Positions 10,834 through 18,889 of a stretch of DNA of 26,163 nt are shown here, in pieces (position 1 is the first letter of the stretch; the number at the start of each line of letters is the position of its first letter). Origin of the DNA: an uncultured Clostridia bacterium (GTDB lineage Bacteria; Bacillota; Clostridia; TANB77; CAG-508); assembly GCA_948524275.1 (NCBI GenBank), contig CAOSLI010000011.1, positions 1 through 26,163 of the forward strand. The letters run 5' to 3'. The notes beneath the pieces were generated by a model that was not told the DNA's origin, did not search any database, and saw only the letters and a program-made list of their open reading frames with translations. A program made the translations under genes and the position numbers.

Positions 10834-11220
10834 ATGAATCAATATAAAATTGAAATGAAAGAGATATTTAGAAAAGAAATTTTAGTATGTGCAGAAAGTG
10901 AAAAAGAAGCAACAGACATTGTAGAAAAGGCATATTTAAGAACAAATATGTTAGACCATTCTTATAAAGATTTAGCAGCAGTTGAAACAAAAATTATTGG
11001 AAAAAGAGAAGAAAATAACTATGATGAAATGGAAGAAGAAAACATTATTGATAAGGAAAATAGAGAAAATATCAAAGGAACTATTGACCAAATGTATGAA
11101 AATCTTAAAGAAATGGAGAATGCTTTAACAGAAGATGACATTGTATATATTGATATGTTAATTGAAAATTTGGAAGATAATATTGAAGATTTAAAAGAAG
11201 TTGTAAGAGAAATTGAATAA
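10834..11220 (+). CDS. DpnD/PcfM-like small protein with acidic C-terminal tail
   Basis: N-terminus YKIEMKEIFRKEILVCAESEKEATDIVEKAY fits the DpnD/PcfM pattern as I recall it. GGAGG upstream of ATG 10834. Confidence 0.5.
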   Translation: MNQYKIEMKEIFRKEILVCAESEKEATDIVEKAYLRTNMLDHSYKDLAAVETKIIGKREENNYDEMEEENIIDKENRENIKGTIDQMYENLKEMENALTEDDIVYIDMLIENLEDNIEDLKEVVREIE

Positions 11221-11326
11221 ATTTTGAATAAAAATCAGCTTAAAAAATAGAAAAAATACAATAAAAAAATATGTAGTTTTATTTTAGCTTATTTTAGAAA
11301 TGTAAAAATGATGTCCTAGCAAGCAC

Positions 11327-11377
11327 TGAATTTGTACTCCCGCACAAATTCAAAATGTGGGGAAACCCCAAACCCCA
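11327..11377. promoter_or_regulatory. Candidate oriT (inverted repeats plus G/C-rich tandem heptamer) upstream of mobC and the relaxase gene
   Basis: tgaatttgt (11327-11335) / acaaattca (11344-11352) around loop actcccgc. tgggg-aaa-cccca at 11358-11370. aacccca repeated in tandem at 11364-11377. It is the only G/C-rich island in a very AT-rich spacer. Confidence 0.5.
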
Positions 11378-11399
11378 TAAAAAATGATTTTAGAAAGAG

Positions 11400-11738
11400 G
11401 TGTATAATTTTTATTTGAGAACAAGAGATATAAAAAAACAAGTATGGCTAAATGAAGATGAACTAAAAGCACTAAAACAAAATTCGAAGAGAGCAGGATT
11501 AAATGAAAGTGCGTATATAAGAAATCTTATTATGGGATACAAACCAAAAGAGCAACCAACAGAAAATATGTATGAAATAATAAAACAATTAAAACTTGTT
11601 GGAATAAACTTAAATCAAATTGCAAGGAAAGCAAATGCTTTAGATATAGTTGATGCACCATTTTATAAAAAGGTTTATGAAAAATGGAATAAGCTAGCAC
11701 AAGATATAAAAAAAGAATTTCTTGATATGGAAAAATAG
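11400..11738 (+). CDS. mobC: MobC-family relaxosome accessory protein
   Basis: LNEDELKALKQNSKRAGLNESAYIRNLIMG...NLNQIARKANA is typical of the MobC/RHH family. The start is uncertain (GTG 11400 abuts the SD, TTG 11415 is an alternative). TAG 11736-11738. Confidence 0.75.
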   Translation: MYNFYLRTRDIKKQVWLNEDELKALKQNSKRAGLNESAYIRNLIMGYKPKEQPTENMYEIIKQLKLVGINLNQIARKANALDIVDAPFYKKVYEKWNKLAQDIKKEFLDMEK

Positions 11739-11739
11739 A

Positions 11740-13095
11740 ATGGCTACAACAAAAATAAAAGCAATAAAGAAAAGACTTGACCATGTAATTGATTATACAA
11801 CTAATCCAAGCAAAACAAGTAAGGAAGCATATAGTGAACTTCATAATGTTATTGAATATGCAAAGGCATCATATAAAACAGAAGAACAATTATATGTTAC
11901 AGCAATAAATTGTGATAAAGATTCTATACATGAAGATATGTTGAGAACAAAAAGAAGATATAGTAAAACAAATGGAATTTTAGGTTTTCATGCTTTTCAG
12001 TCTTTTGCAAAAGGCGAAGTAACTCCAGAAATTGCACACGAAATTGGTGTAAAATTGGCAAATGAATTATGGGGAGATAGATTTGAAGTTGTTGTAACAA
12101 CACATTTGAATACAGAACATATACACAATCACTTCTGTTTGAATTCTGTTTCATTTAAAGATGGAAAAAAATATTATGATGATCATAGAACTTATGCTCT
12201 AATGAGAGAAACATCAGATAGACTTTGTGAAGAATATAAATTGAGTGTAATAGAAGAAAAGAAGTGTCCAAAAAGTAAAATAGATTACAGAAATTTTTAT
12301 AAATCAGAAGTAAATAAATCTAATCATCATACTATTGCAAAAGAAGATATTGACTATGCAATAGGACAAGCATATTCATATAAAGACTTTTTATCTATAT
12401 TAAATAAAATGAATTACACAGTAGAAAATCGTTATGGAAAATTAAGTGTTAGAAAAAAGCCATACAAAAAGAATATAAGAATAGAAAGAGCCTTTGGAGA
12501 TGACTACAAAATTGAAAATATTGAAAAAAGAATTTATGAAACACAAGCAATTAGAGAGCCATTTCCAGAAGCAAGAGCAAAACCTAAAAGATATAGAATG
12601 GTAAAAAAGCAAAATCTAAAAACTAGAAAAAAGGCTAAAGGAATAAAAGCATTATATTTGCATTATTGCTTTTTATTAAAAGTGTATCCCAAAAATAAGA
12701 AGATGAAAAAACAATATTCAAAAGAAATGAGAGAAGAAATAAAAAAGATGGATAAAATTTCAAAAGAAGCAAAGCTCTTGTGTAGAAAAAATATTCAATC
12801 TGCTCAAGAGCTTTCAGCATATAAAAAATCACTTATACTTGATAGAAAAGAAAATAAGGCAAAGGTAGAGAGCTTATGGAAGAAAAATAGGAAAGCAGCT
12901 AATGAAAGTGATAAACAGAAAAATTATGAAGAAATAAAAATGCTTCAGAGTGAAATAAAAAAACTAAACCAAGAAATTGAGTTAATAGAAGGTATTGAAA
13001 CAAGAACACCAAAGATAAAAGAGATTATTGATGAAGTAGAAAATAGAAATCAAGATAAAGAAAAGGAGAAAGAAAATAGTGAGTATATCAAGTGA
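11740..13095 (+). CDS. MobA/VirD2-family relaxase
   Basis: ATG 11740 directly after the mobC stop. MATTKIKAIKKRLDHVIDYTTNPSKT N-terminus and histidine triad HLNTEHIHNHFCLNS. TGA 13093-13095. Confidence 0.85.
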   Translation: MATTKIKAIKKRLDHVIDYTTNPSKTSKEAYSELHNVIEYAKASYKTEEQLYVTAINCDKDSIHEDMLRTKRRYSKTNGILGFHAFQSFAKGEVTPEIAHEIGVKLANELWGDRFEVVVTTHLNTEHIHNHFCLNSVSFKDGKKYYDDHRTYALMRETSDRLCEEYKLSVIEEKKCPKSKIDYRNFYKSEVNKSNHHTIAKEDIDYAIGQAYSYKDFLSILNKMNYTVENRYGKLSVRKKPYKKNIRIERAFGDDYKIENIEKRIYETQAIREPFPEARAKPKRYRMVKKQNLKTRKKAKGIKALYLHYCFLLKVYPKNKKMKKQYSKEMREEIKKMDKISKEAKLLCRKNIQSAQELSAYKKSLILDRKENKAKVESLWKKNRKAANESDKQKNYEEIKMLQSEIKKLNQEIELIEGIETRTPKIKEIIDEVENRNQDKEKEKENSEYIK

Positions 13096-13870
13096 TTCGG
13101 CAGAACAAACTGTTAAATTGCTATTAGATGGAACAGTAGTAGTAGCAAAAATAAGTGGACTAGCTGTAAAAAATATTGCTGTAGCATTATATACTATATC
13201 ACAAGACCAAAAGCAGACAAAAGGCAAGACTAGACTAAATAATATGATAAAAAGTGATAACGAATTAAAAATCTTTTCTATTAAAAAAGAAGATATGAAA
13301 ACTTTTTGCCATGAAGCTAGAAGCTATGGAATATTATATTGTGCTTTGGTAAATAGAAAAAACAAAAATATTGATGGTATGGTAGATATAATGGTAAGAG
13401 CAAAAGATGCACCACAAGTAAATAGAATTGTAGAAAGATATAATTTATGCACTTATGATAAGGCATCAATTCAAACAGAAATTGAAAATGAGAAAGTTAC
13501 TAATAAAAATGAAAAAGACTTGTCAGATAATGCACCAGATATAGGAGAGGAAAGAACAGAAGTAAACGAAGCTATGGTAGATGATATTTTTTCTAAACCA
13601 AAGGAAAATGAAAATCAAAACCCCGAAGTAGCAAAAACGGAAAAAAACCCTCCGTCAGAGCCTTCCTTGAAGAGCAAAAACAATTCCGAGGGGGTTACTA
13701 AACCTGCACAAAAAGAATCTGTTAAGAAAAAGTTAAAAGAAGCAGAAGCAGAGTTAAAGGTTGAAACGGAATTGAAGAAAGCTCAAAAATCTAAAGAAAG
13801 TATTATGGTAGAAATGCCACAAGTACAGACACCAAAATTAGAAATAGCAAATAAGGAAAGAGGTAAATGA
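13079..13870 (+). CDS. PcfB-family (DUF3801) conjugation protein
   Basis: GTG 13079 after GGAGAAAG, overlapping the relaxase 3-prime end. LLLDGTVVVAKISGLAVKNIAVALY...IFSIKKEDMKTFCHEARSYGILYC matches the PcfB family. TGA 13868-13870. Confidence 0.7.
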   Translation: MSISSDSAEQTVKLLLDGTVVVAKISGLAVKNIAVALYTISQDQKQTKGKTRLNNMIKSDNELKIFSIKKEDMKTFCHEARSYGILYCALVNRKNKNIDGMVDIMVRAKDAPQVNRIVERYNLCTYDKASIQTEIENEKVTNKNEKDLSDNAPDIGEERTEVNEAMVDDIFSKPKENENQNPEVAKTEKNPPSEPSLKSKNNSEGVTKPAQKESVKKKLKEAEAELKVETELKKAQKSKESIMVEMPQVQTPKLEIANKERGK

Positions 13871-14751
13871 ACATGGGAGAATTAGACCAAGTATTTGATA
13901 ATTATAGCAGAAAAAATAGGCAATATAATAAAGAAGAATGGATTGAATATAAAAAACAAGAAAAACAAGAAGTATATGCACTAATTGATACAACAGCAGA
14001 AAAGATCGTACAAGATGGGCAAGAATTTAAGAAATATTTAGATACTCAAAGTAAGTTTGAGCAATATTCAGTAGGAAATAGTTTACTAATAACAGCACAA
14101 ATGCCAGAAGCAACAGTTTTAAGAGATTATGATAGTTGGACAAATGTAGGTGGCTTTCCAAAGAAAAATCGTAAAAATGATATAAAAATATTAGAGCCAG
14201 CAGATTCTTATATGAGAGAAGATGGCACAAAGGCAACAAATTATAATGTAAAATACTTAACTGATATATCACAAGTTAGTATAAGAAAGAAACCAAATCC
14301 TATAATGAGATATGATAATAAATTATTATTAAGAGTATTTTTAAATAGTAGCCAAGCAAAGGTAGAAGTAGTAAATGAAATACCAAATACAGATAGAAGT
14401 GCATTGTATGATTCAGAAAAAGATGTATTATATATTGCAAGAGGTGCAGAAGCACCACAAATTTTCCATGAAGTAACACAAGAACTTGCAAAACAAGAAA
14501 TAGGAGAAAATACAGAATTAGATACTTTCAAAGCTAATTGTGTATCTTATATGGTTTGCAAAAAATATGGCATAGATGTTTCAAATTATAATGTAACTGA
14601 TATTCCTTATGAACTAAAGGAGTTATCAGCAAAGGAAATAAGAGAAGAACTAGAGCCAATTCATGATGCAATGGAAAACATAAGTGGAAGAACAAGTCAT
14701 TGTATAGAACTACTTGCAAAACAAAGTAGAGAAAAAGAACAAGCAAGATAG
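13867..14751 (+). CDS. Conserved ICE protein, possibly an ArdC-like ssDNA-binding/antirestriction domain protein
   Basis: ATGA stop/start overlap with the pcfB-like gene. LLITAQMPEATVLRDYDSWTNVGGFPKKNRKNDIKILEP resembles the ArdC N-domain pattern. The assignment is tentative. Confidence 0.4.
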   Translation: MNMGELDQVFDNYSRKNRQYNKEEWIEYKKQEKQEVYALIDTTAEKIVQDGQEFKKYLDTQSKFEQYSVGNSLLITAQMPEATVLRDYDSWTNVGGFPKKNRKNDIKILEPADSYMREDGTKATNYNVKYLTDISQVSIRKKPNPIMRYDNKLLLRVFLNSSQAKVEVVNEIPNTDRSALYDSEKDVLYIARGAEAPQIFHEVTQELAKQEIGENTELDTFKANCVSYMVCKKYGIDVSNYNVTDIPYELKELSAKEIREELEPIHDAMENISGRTSHCIELLAKQSREKEQAR

Positions 14752-14763
14752 GAGAAAAATATA

Positions 14764-14961
14764 TTGGAAGAACAAAGAGTAGTAATATTAAATAAGTACG
14801 AATATGGAATGATAATAAATTCCCTTAACGAACTTCGTACAAAGTTAATAAGAGAAAACAAATCAACAGAATTTGTAAATGAATTATTATTAAGACTATT
14901 AAATATCCCCATTAGAAAAAGAACAATATTTCAAAGAGAAAGAGTAAGTAACGAGAGATAA
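14764..14961 (+). CDS. Small conserved hypothetical protein (65 aa)
   Basis: TTG 14764 after AGGAGAAAAA. Clean ORF. TAA 14959-14961 overlaps an ATG at 14961. Confidence 0.55.
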   Translation: MEEQRVVILNKYEYGMIINSLNELRTKLIRENKSTEFVNELLLRLLNIPIRKRTIFQRERVSNER

Positions 14962-14980
14962 TGAAAAAACAAATGAGCTT

Positions 14981-16766
14981 TTGTATATATTAGGTATAAT
15001 TCCAGTAGTATGGGTAGCTATTCTAATTGCACCATATATAAATAATGGAATCGTAGGAATAATAAATAATTTTTCAAAAATAATGGAAAATCCATTTAAT
15101 TTGATATGGTGTGAGAATAGCATAAAAACTATTCTTATTTTTATATGCTTTTATGTATTAGGAATAAGTATATATGAATCTACAAAAAAGAATTATAGAA
15201 GAAGAGAAGAACACGGCTCTGCCAAGTGGGGTATAGCAAGTGTACTTAATAAAAAATATAGGCAAAAGCCATTTAATGATAATAAAATATTAACGCAAAA
15301 TGTAGCAATAGGTCTAAATGGAAAACAACATAGAAGAAATCTTAATGTTTTAATTTGTGGTCGGTAGTCGGTGCAGGTAAAACAAGATTCTATCGGTAAG
15401 CCAAATGTAATGCAATGTGGCTCAAGTTCGTATGTAATCCTAGATCCTAAACGGCGAAATTTTGCGAGATACGGGGAATTTATTAGAGAAAAAAGGGTAT
15501 GAGGTAAGAGTGCTTGACTTAATCAATATGGAAAAAAGTCATTGCTATAACCCTTTTAAATATTTAAAGACAGATAATGATGTTCAAAGGTTGGTAACAA
15601 ACCTTTTCAAAAGCACGACACCGAAACGGAAGTCAGAGCCAAGATCCGTTTTGGGACACGGCAGCTAGTATGTTATTGCTAGCACTTATATTTTATCTCA
15701 AATATGAAGCTCCAGAAGATGAACAAAACTTTCCAATGGTAATGGAAATGTTAAGAGCAGGAGATGTAAATGAAGAACAAGAAAATCCTATAAGTGCATT
15801 AGATATTCTATTTGATAAATTGGAATATAATAACCCAGAGCATATTGCTCTAAAGTATTATAGAAATTATAGATCAGGCTCTGCAAAAACATTAAAATCA
15901 ATTCAAATTACACTTGCTGCAAGATTAGAAAAATTTAATTTAGAGAGTCTTGCAAACATAGTAAAAATTGATGAATTAGATTTGCCTAGTTTAGGCGAAA
16001 AAAAGGTGGCATTGTTTGCTTTAATTCCAGACAATGACACGAGTTTTAATTTTCTAGTAAGTATATTATATACACAATTATTTCAACAATTATTCTATAT
16101 TGCTGACCATAAGTATGGTGGAAGTTTGCCAACCCATGTCCATTTTGTAATGGATGAGTTCGCAAATGTAAGTCTGCCAGATGATTTTGACAAAATTTTA
16201 AGTGTCATGAGATCAAGGTCAGTATCAGTATCTATCATTCTCCAAAATTTAGCACAGCTTAAAGCACTATTTGAAAAACAATGGGAAAGTATTGTACGGA
16301 AATTGCGATACTTTTTTGTATTTAGGTGGAAACGAGCAAAGTACCCATAAATATGTTTCAGAACTCCTACGGAAAAGAAACAATAGATTTAGACACACAT
16401 GGAAAAAGCTCTGGTAGAAGCGGCAATTATTCGACAAATTATCAACTTGCAGGAAGAGAACTTATGACTCCAGATGAAGTGCGTTTACTTGATAATAAAT
16501 ATGCACTTCTTTTTATTCGTGGAGAAAGACCAGTTAAAGACCTAAAATATGATATATTAAAACACCCTAATGTAGCTTTGACTACTGATGGCAAAGGAGA
16601 GCCTTATATTCATGGAAAAACAGATAAAGCAACAGCTTCTATTATTGTGCTAGATGAAGATATTGAAGAAAATGAGATAGATATATTTGAAAAAGAACAA
16701 TTACTAGAAAATTATGAACTCCTATCAGAAGAAGAATTAGAAGAATTTATTAGGGAGGTATCATAA
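14981..16766 (+). CDS. virD4: VirD4/TraG-type type IV coupling protein (about 592 aa once seven CGG junctions are bridged)
   Basis: ORF-track pieces 14981-15367, 15462-15668, 15670-16350 and 16326-16766 join at CGG 15362, 15369, 15394, 15452, 15627, 16297 and 16370. N-terminal TM segments, Walker A GGSGAGKT, Walker B-like HFVMDEFAN. TAA 16764-16766. The start is uncertain (see finding). Confidence 0.85.
15362..15365 (+). other. in-frame CGG-T frame junction (site 7)
   Basis: The 0 frame reads ggt CGG TAG. Reading GGT from 15363 continues LICGG-S of the Walker A. Confidence 0.85.
15369..15372 (+). other. in-frame CGG-T frame junction (site 8)
   Basis: Reading GGT from 15370 gives SGAGKTRFY (Walker A GxGKT). 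Confidence 0.85.
15394..15397 (+). other. in-frame CGG-T frame junction (site 9)
   Basis: The unshifted frame reads tat CGG TAA. Reading GGT from 15395 gives TRFYGKPNVMQCGSSSYVILDPK. Confidence 0.85.
15452..15455 (+). other. in-frame CGG-C frame junction (site 10)
   Basis: Reading GGC from 15453 gives ILDPKGEILRDTGNLL and joins ORF 15462-15668. Confidence 0.85.
15627..15630 (+). other. in-frame CGG-A frame junction (site 11)
   Basis: Reading GGA from 15628 gives STTPKGSQSQDPFWDTAASMLLLAL and joins ORF 15670-16350. Confidence 0.85.
16297..16300 (+). other. in-frame CGG-A frame junction (site 12)
   Basis: Reading GGA from 16298 gives WESIVGNCDTFLYLGGNEQSTHKYVSELL. Confidence 0.85.
16370..16373 (+). 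other. in-frame CGG-A frame junction (site 13)
   Basis: Reading GGA from 16371 gives SELLGKETIDLDTHGKSSG and joins the frame of ORF 16326-16766. Confidence 0.85.
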
Positions 16767-16767
16767 A

Positions 16768-17089
16768 TTGAAAAAGAAAAAAACTTTATTAAAAATATTA
16801 AAAAGGTCTTGCATAATTATTTTGTATATTGTTGCATTATTTGTAGCACAAGCATCTCATGTATTTGCAGCAGATGAGCCATTATCAGTAATAAATAATT
16901 TGTCAGACTTTATTTTTGGACTTATAAGAGCAGTTGGAATGATTATTTTAGGATTCGGAGTAGTACAAGTTGGTATGTCATTAAAATCACACGATCCATC
17001 ACAGCGAGCTAATGGTTTCATGACATTGGCACGGAGGAGTAGTTATTACTTTCGCAAAGGAAATCCTAAATATTATAACAGGTGGTTAA
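16768..17089 (+). CDS. Maff2/VirB2-like small secreted membrane protein (about 106 aa after one CGG junction)
   Basis: TTG 16768 after AGGGAGG. Signal-peptide-like N-terminus ending AQASHVFA-ADEP. GFGVVQVGMSLKSHDPSQRANGFMTLA, then (shifted at 17032) GGVVITFAKEILNIITGG and TAA 17087-17089. Confidence 0.6.
17032..17035 (+). other. in-frame CGG-A frame junction (site 14)
   Basis: Shifted reading gives the hydrophobic C-terminal helix LAGGVVITFAKEILNIITGG. Unshifted reading gives a basic tail RRSSYYFRKGNPKYYNRWLKSKRS... ending at TAG 17158-17160. Confidence 0.75.
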
Positions 17090-17097
17090 AAAGTAAA

Positions 17098-17132
17098 AGG
17101 AGTAGGTTATTAAGAAAAAATAATCTACTCCT
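17098..17132 (+). terminator. Strong stem-loop after the Maff2-like gene (attenuator or RNA-stabilising hairpin, no clear T-run)
   Basis: aggagtaggttatt (17098-17111) pairs with aataatctactcct (17119-17132): 14 bp including one G-U, with a 7-nt loop. Confidence 0.35.
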
Positions 17133-17156
17133 AAACAACTTTAAGGAGGTAATTTT

Positions 17157-17732
17157 ATAGAAGAAAATAAAAAATATAAAATCATATATGCAGATCCACC
17201 ATGGCAATACAAAGTATATTCAGATAAAGGCAAAGGTCGTTCAGCAGAAAATCATTATTCTACAATGAGTATAGAAGATATATGCAAATTACCAGTAGAG
17301 AAAATAGCTGCCAAAGACTGTGTCCTTTTTATGTGGATGACTTTTCCAACATTAGTAGAAGGACTAAAAGTTTTGGAGAATTGGGGTTTTAAATATAAAA
17401 CAGTTGCTTTTGTATGGATTAAGCAAAATAAGAAAACACCATCACTATTTTGGGGATTAGGTTTTTGGACTAGAGCTAATGCAGAGATATGCATATTAGC
17501 AACAAAAGGCAAGCCTAAAAGAATATCTGCGAAAGTGCATCAAGTAATTATATCTCCAGTTGAAGAACATAGCAAAAAGCCAGATGAAACAAGAAAAAGA
17601 ATAGTGGAATTGTTAGGAGATATACCAAGAGTAGAACTATTTGCAAGACAAAAAGTAGATGATTGGGATTCGTGGGGAAATGAAGTAAAATGCGATATTG
17701 ATTTAATGGAATATGGAGATGATGAAAAATAG
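17157..17732 (+). CDS. MT-A70 family DNA N6-adenine methyltransferase with an apparent ATA start
   Basis: The catalytic DPPW motif (KIIYADPPWQY, 17181-17210) lies upstream of the first in-frame ATG (17265). The frame is closed by TAA 17142-17144. The only start-like codon is ATA 17157, 7 nt after AAGGAGG 17143-17149. TAG 17730-17732. Confidence 0.7.
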   Translation: MEENKKYKIIYADPPWQYKVYSDKGKGRSAENHYSTMSIEDICKLPVEKIAAKDCVLFMWMTFPTLVEGLKVLENWGFKYKTVAFVWIKQNKKTPSLFWGLGFWTRANAEICILATKGKPKRISAKVHQVIISPVEEHSKKPDETRKRIVELLGDIPRVELFARQKVDDWDSWGNEVKCDIDLMEYGDDEK

Positions 17733-18028
17733 CAGAACTAAAAAAATTAGAAACAGTAGTAGAAGAAATACTACGAAAAGATAAACTTGCAAGAGAAGAT
17801 GACTGTTACTTAATATTACAAGTAATAAGCAAATTATATCCTTATGAAGTAGGAAAGCAATTTGCAACAGTAATGTTTAATGCAAAGAATAAAGGAATAA
17901 GTTTTGAAAGCATTACGAGATGTCGAAGAAAATTACAAGAGAGAAATCCAGAGTTAAGAGATGAAGAAATAGCCAAAATGAGAAATAAAAAACAAAAAGA
18001 GTATATCAAGTATTCAAAACAAAGTTAG
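17729..18028 (+). CDS. Small conserved phage/ICE-type protein (99 aa), not in the ORF track because it lacks a canonical start
   Basis: Frame open from 17726 to TAG 18026-18028. Product (M/I)AELKKLETVVEEILRKDKLAREDDCYLILQVI...FESITRCRRKLQERNPELRDEE. The first in-frame ATG is at 17873. ATA 17729 overlaps the upstream TAG (ATAG), with GGAG at 17715-17718. Confidence 0.6.
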   Translation: MAELKKLETVVEEILRKDKLAREDDCYLILQVISKLYPYEVGKQFATVMFNAKNKGISFESITRCRRKLQERNPELRDEEIAKMRNKKQKEYIKYSKQS

Positions 18029-18041
18029 GAGGTGGTAGATA

Positions 18042-18876
18042 TTGAATTGGGTAGTAGGAAACCTACAAAATGCAATAGAAACATGGAACTCAAAATTAAG
18101 TGAAATATGGACACTTGTATCACAATCGCCAGTTGACTTCAAAGGGGGAACTATCTGGAATGTAATAACAAATATTCATGGGGCAGTACAAGCTATTGCA
18201 TTAGCATTACTTGTATTGTTTTTTGTTGTAGGAGTAATGAAAACTTGTCGGAAGTTTTGCAGAAGTCAAGAAGCCAGAGCATGCCCTCAAACTTTTTATA
18301 CGATTTGCAGTTGCAAAAGTTTTAGTAACTTATGGTTTAGAGCTAATGATGGCAATTTTTAAGATTGTGCAAGGTTTAGCAAGTACAGTAATGAGTGCAG
18401 CAGGATTAGGTGGAGCAACAAATACAGTTCTGCCAAATGAAATTATATCAGCAGTAGAAGCCTGTAATTTCTTTGAAAGCATACCATTGTGGGCAGTAAC
18501 ATTGATACGGAGGACTATTTATAACAGTATTGTCATTTGTAATGATTCTTACAGTTTATCGGAAGATTTTTCAAAATCTATCTATATACAGCAATATCTC
18601 CAATAGCATTTGCAAGTTTTGGTGGAGAGCCAACACAAAATATAGGAAAGAGCTTTATAAAAGGTTATAGTGCAGTATGCCTAGAGGGTGTAATTATAAT
18701 GCTATCATGTGTTATTTTCTCACTGTTTGCAACAAGCCCACCAGTAGTAGATACAAATGCAGCAGCAGTAACAATGGTATGGAAATATATACGGAGAATT
18801 GATATTCAATATGTTGGTGTTAGTAGGTACAGTTAAAATATCAGATAGATTAGTAAGAGAAATGTTAGGTTTATAG
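18042..18876 (+). CDS. VirB6/TrbL-like polytopic membrane protein (CD0415/CD1112-type; about 276 aa after four CGG junctions)
   Basis: TTG 18042 after GGAGGTGG. Pieces 18042-18362 and 18346-18606 plus unlisted downstream segments join at CGG 18249, 18508, 18560 and 18792. Multiple hydrophobic helices. TAG 18874-18876. Confidence 0.75.
18249..18252 (+). other. in-frame CGG-A frame junction (site 15)
   Basis: Reading GGA from 18250 gives MKTCGSFAEVKKPEHALKLFIRFAVAKVLVTYG and joins ORF 18346-18606. Confidence 0.8.
18508..18511 (+). other. in-frame CGG-A frame junction (site 16)
   Basis: Reading GGA from 18509 gives AVTLIGGLFITVLSFVMILTVY (TM helix). Confidence 0.8.
18560..18563 (+). other. in-frame CGG-A frame junction (site 17)
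   Basis: Reading GGA from 18561 gives TVYGRFFKIYLYTAISPIAFASFGGEPTQNIGKSF. Confidence 0.8.
18792..18795 (+). other. in-frame CGG-A frame junction (site 18)
   Basis: Reading GGA from 18793 gives WKYIGELIFNMLVLVGTVKISDRLVREMLGL, then TAG 18874-18876. Confidence 0.8.
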
Positions 18877-18889
18877 GAGGAACAATAGA

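Noticed and set aside
11221-11399. G/C-rich patch in the mob upstream spacer considered as a tRNA or other structured RNA (a suppressor tRNA would be relevant to the CGG phenomenon)
   Set aside because: Only about 50 nt carry any structure and there is no cloverleaf-compatible arrangement. It fits an oriT better. I saw no tRNA-like sequence anywhere in the window.
13093-13870. TGA read as Trp (genetic code 4) as a sign of a Mollicutes-type host
   Set aside because: TGA ends the relaxase (13093-13095) and the PcfB-like gene (13868-13870, in a classic ATGA overlap). Every conserved Trp I checked is TGG.
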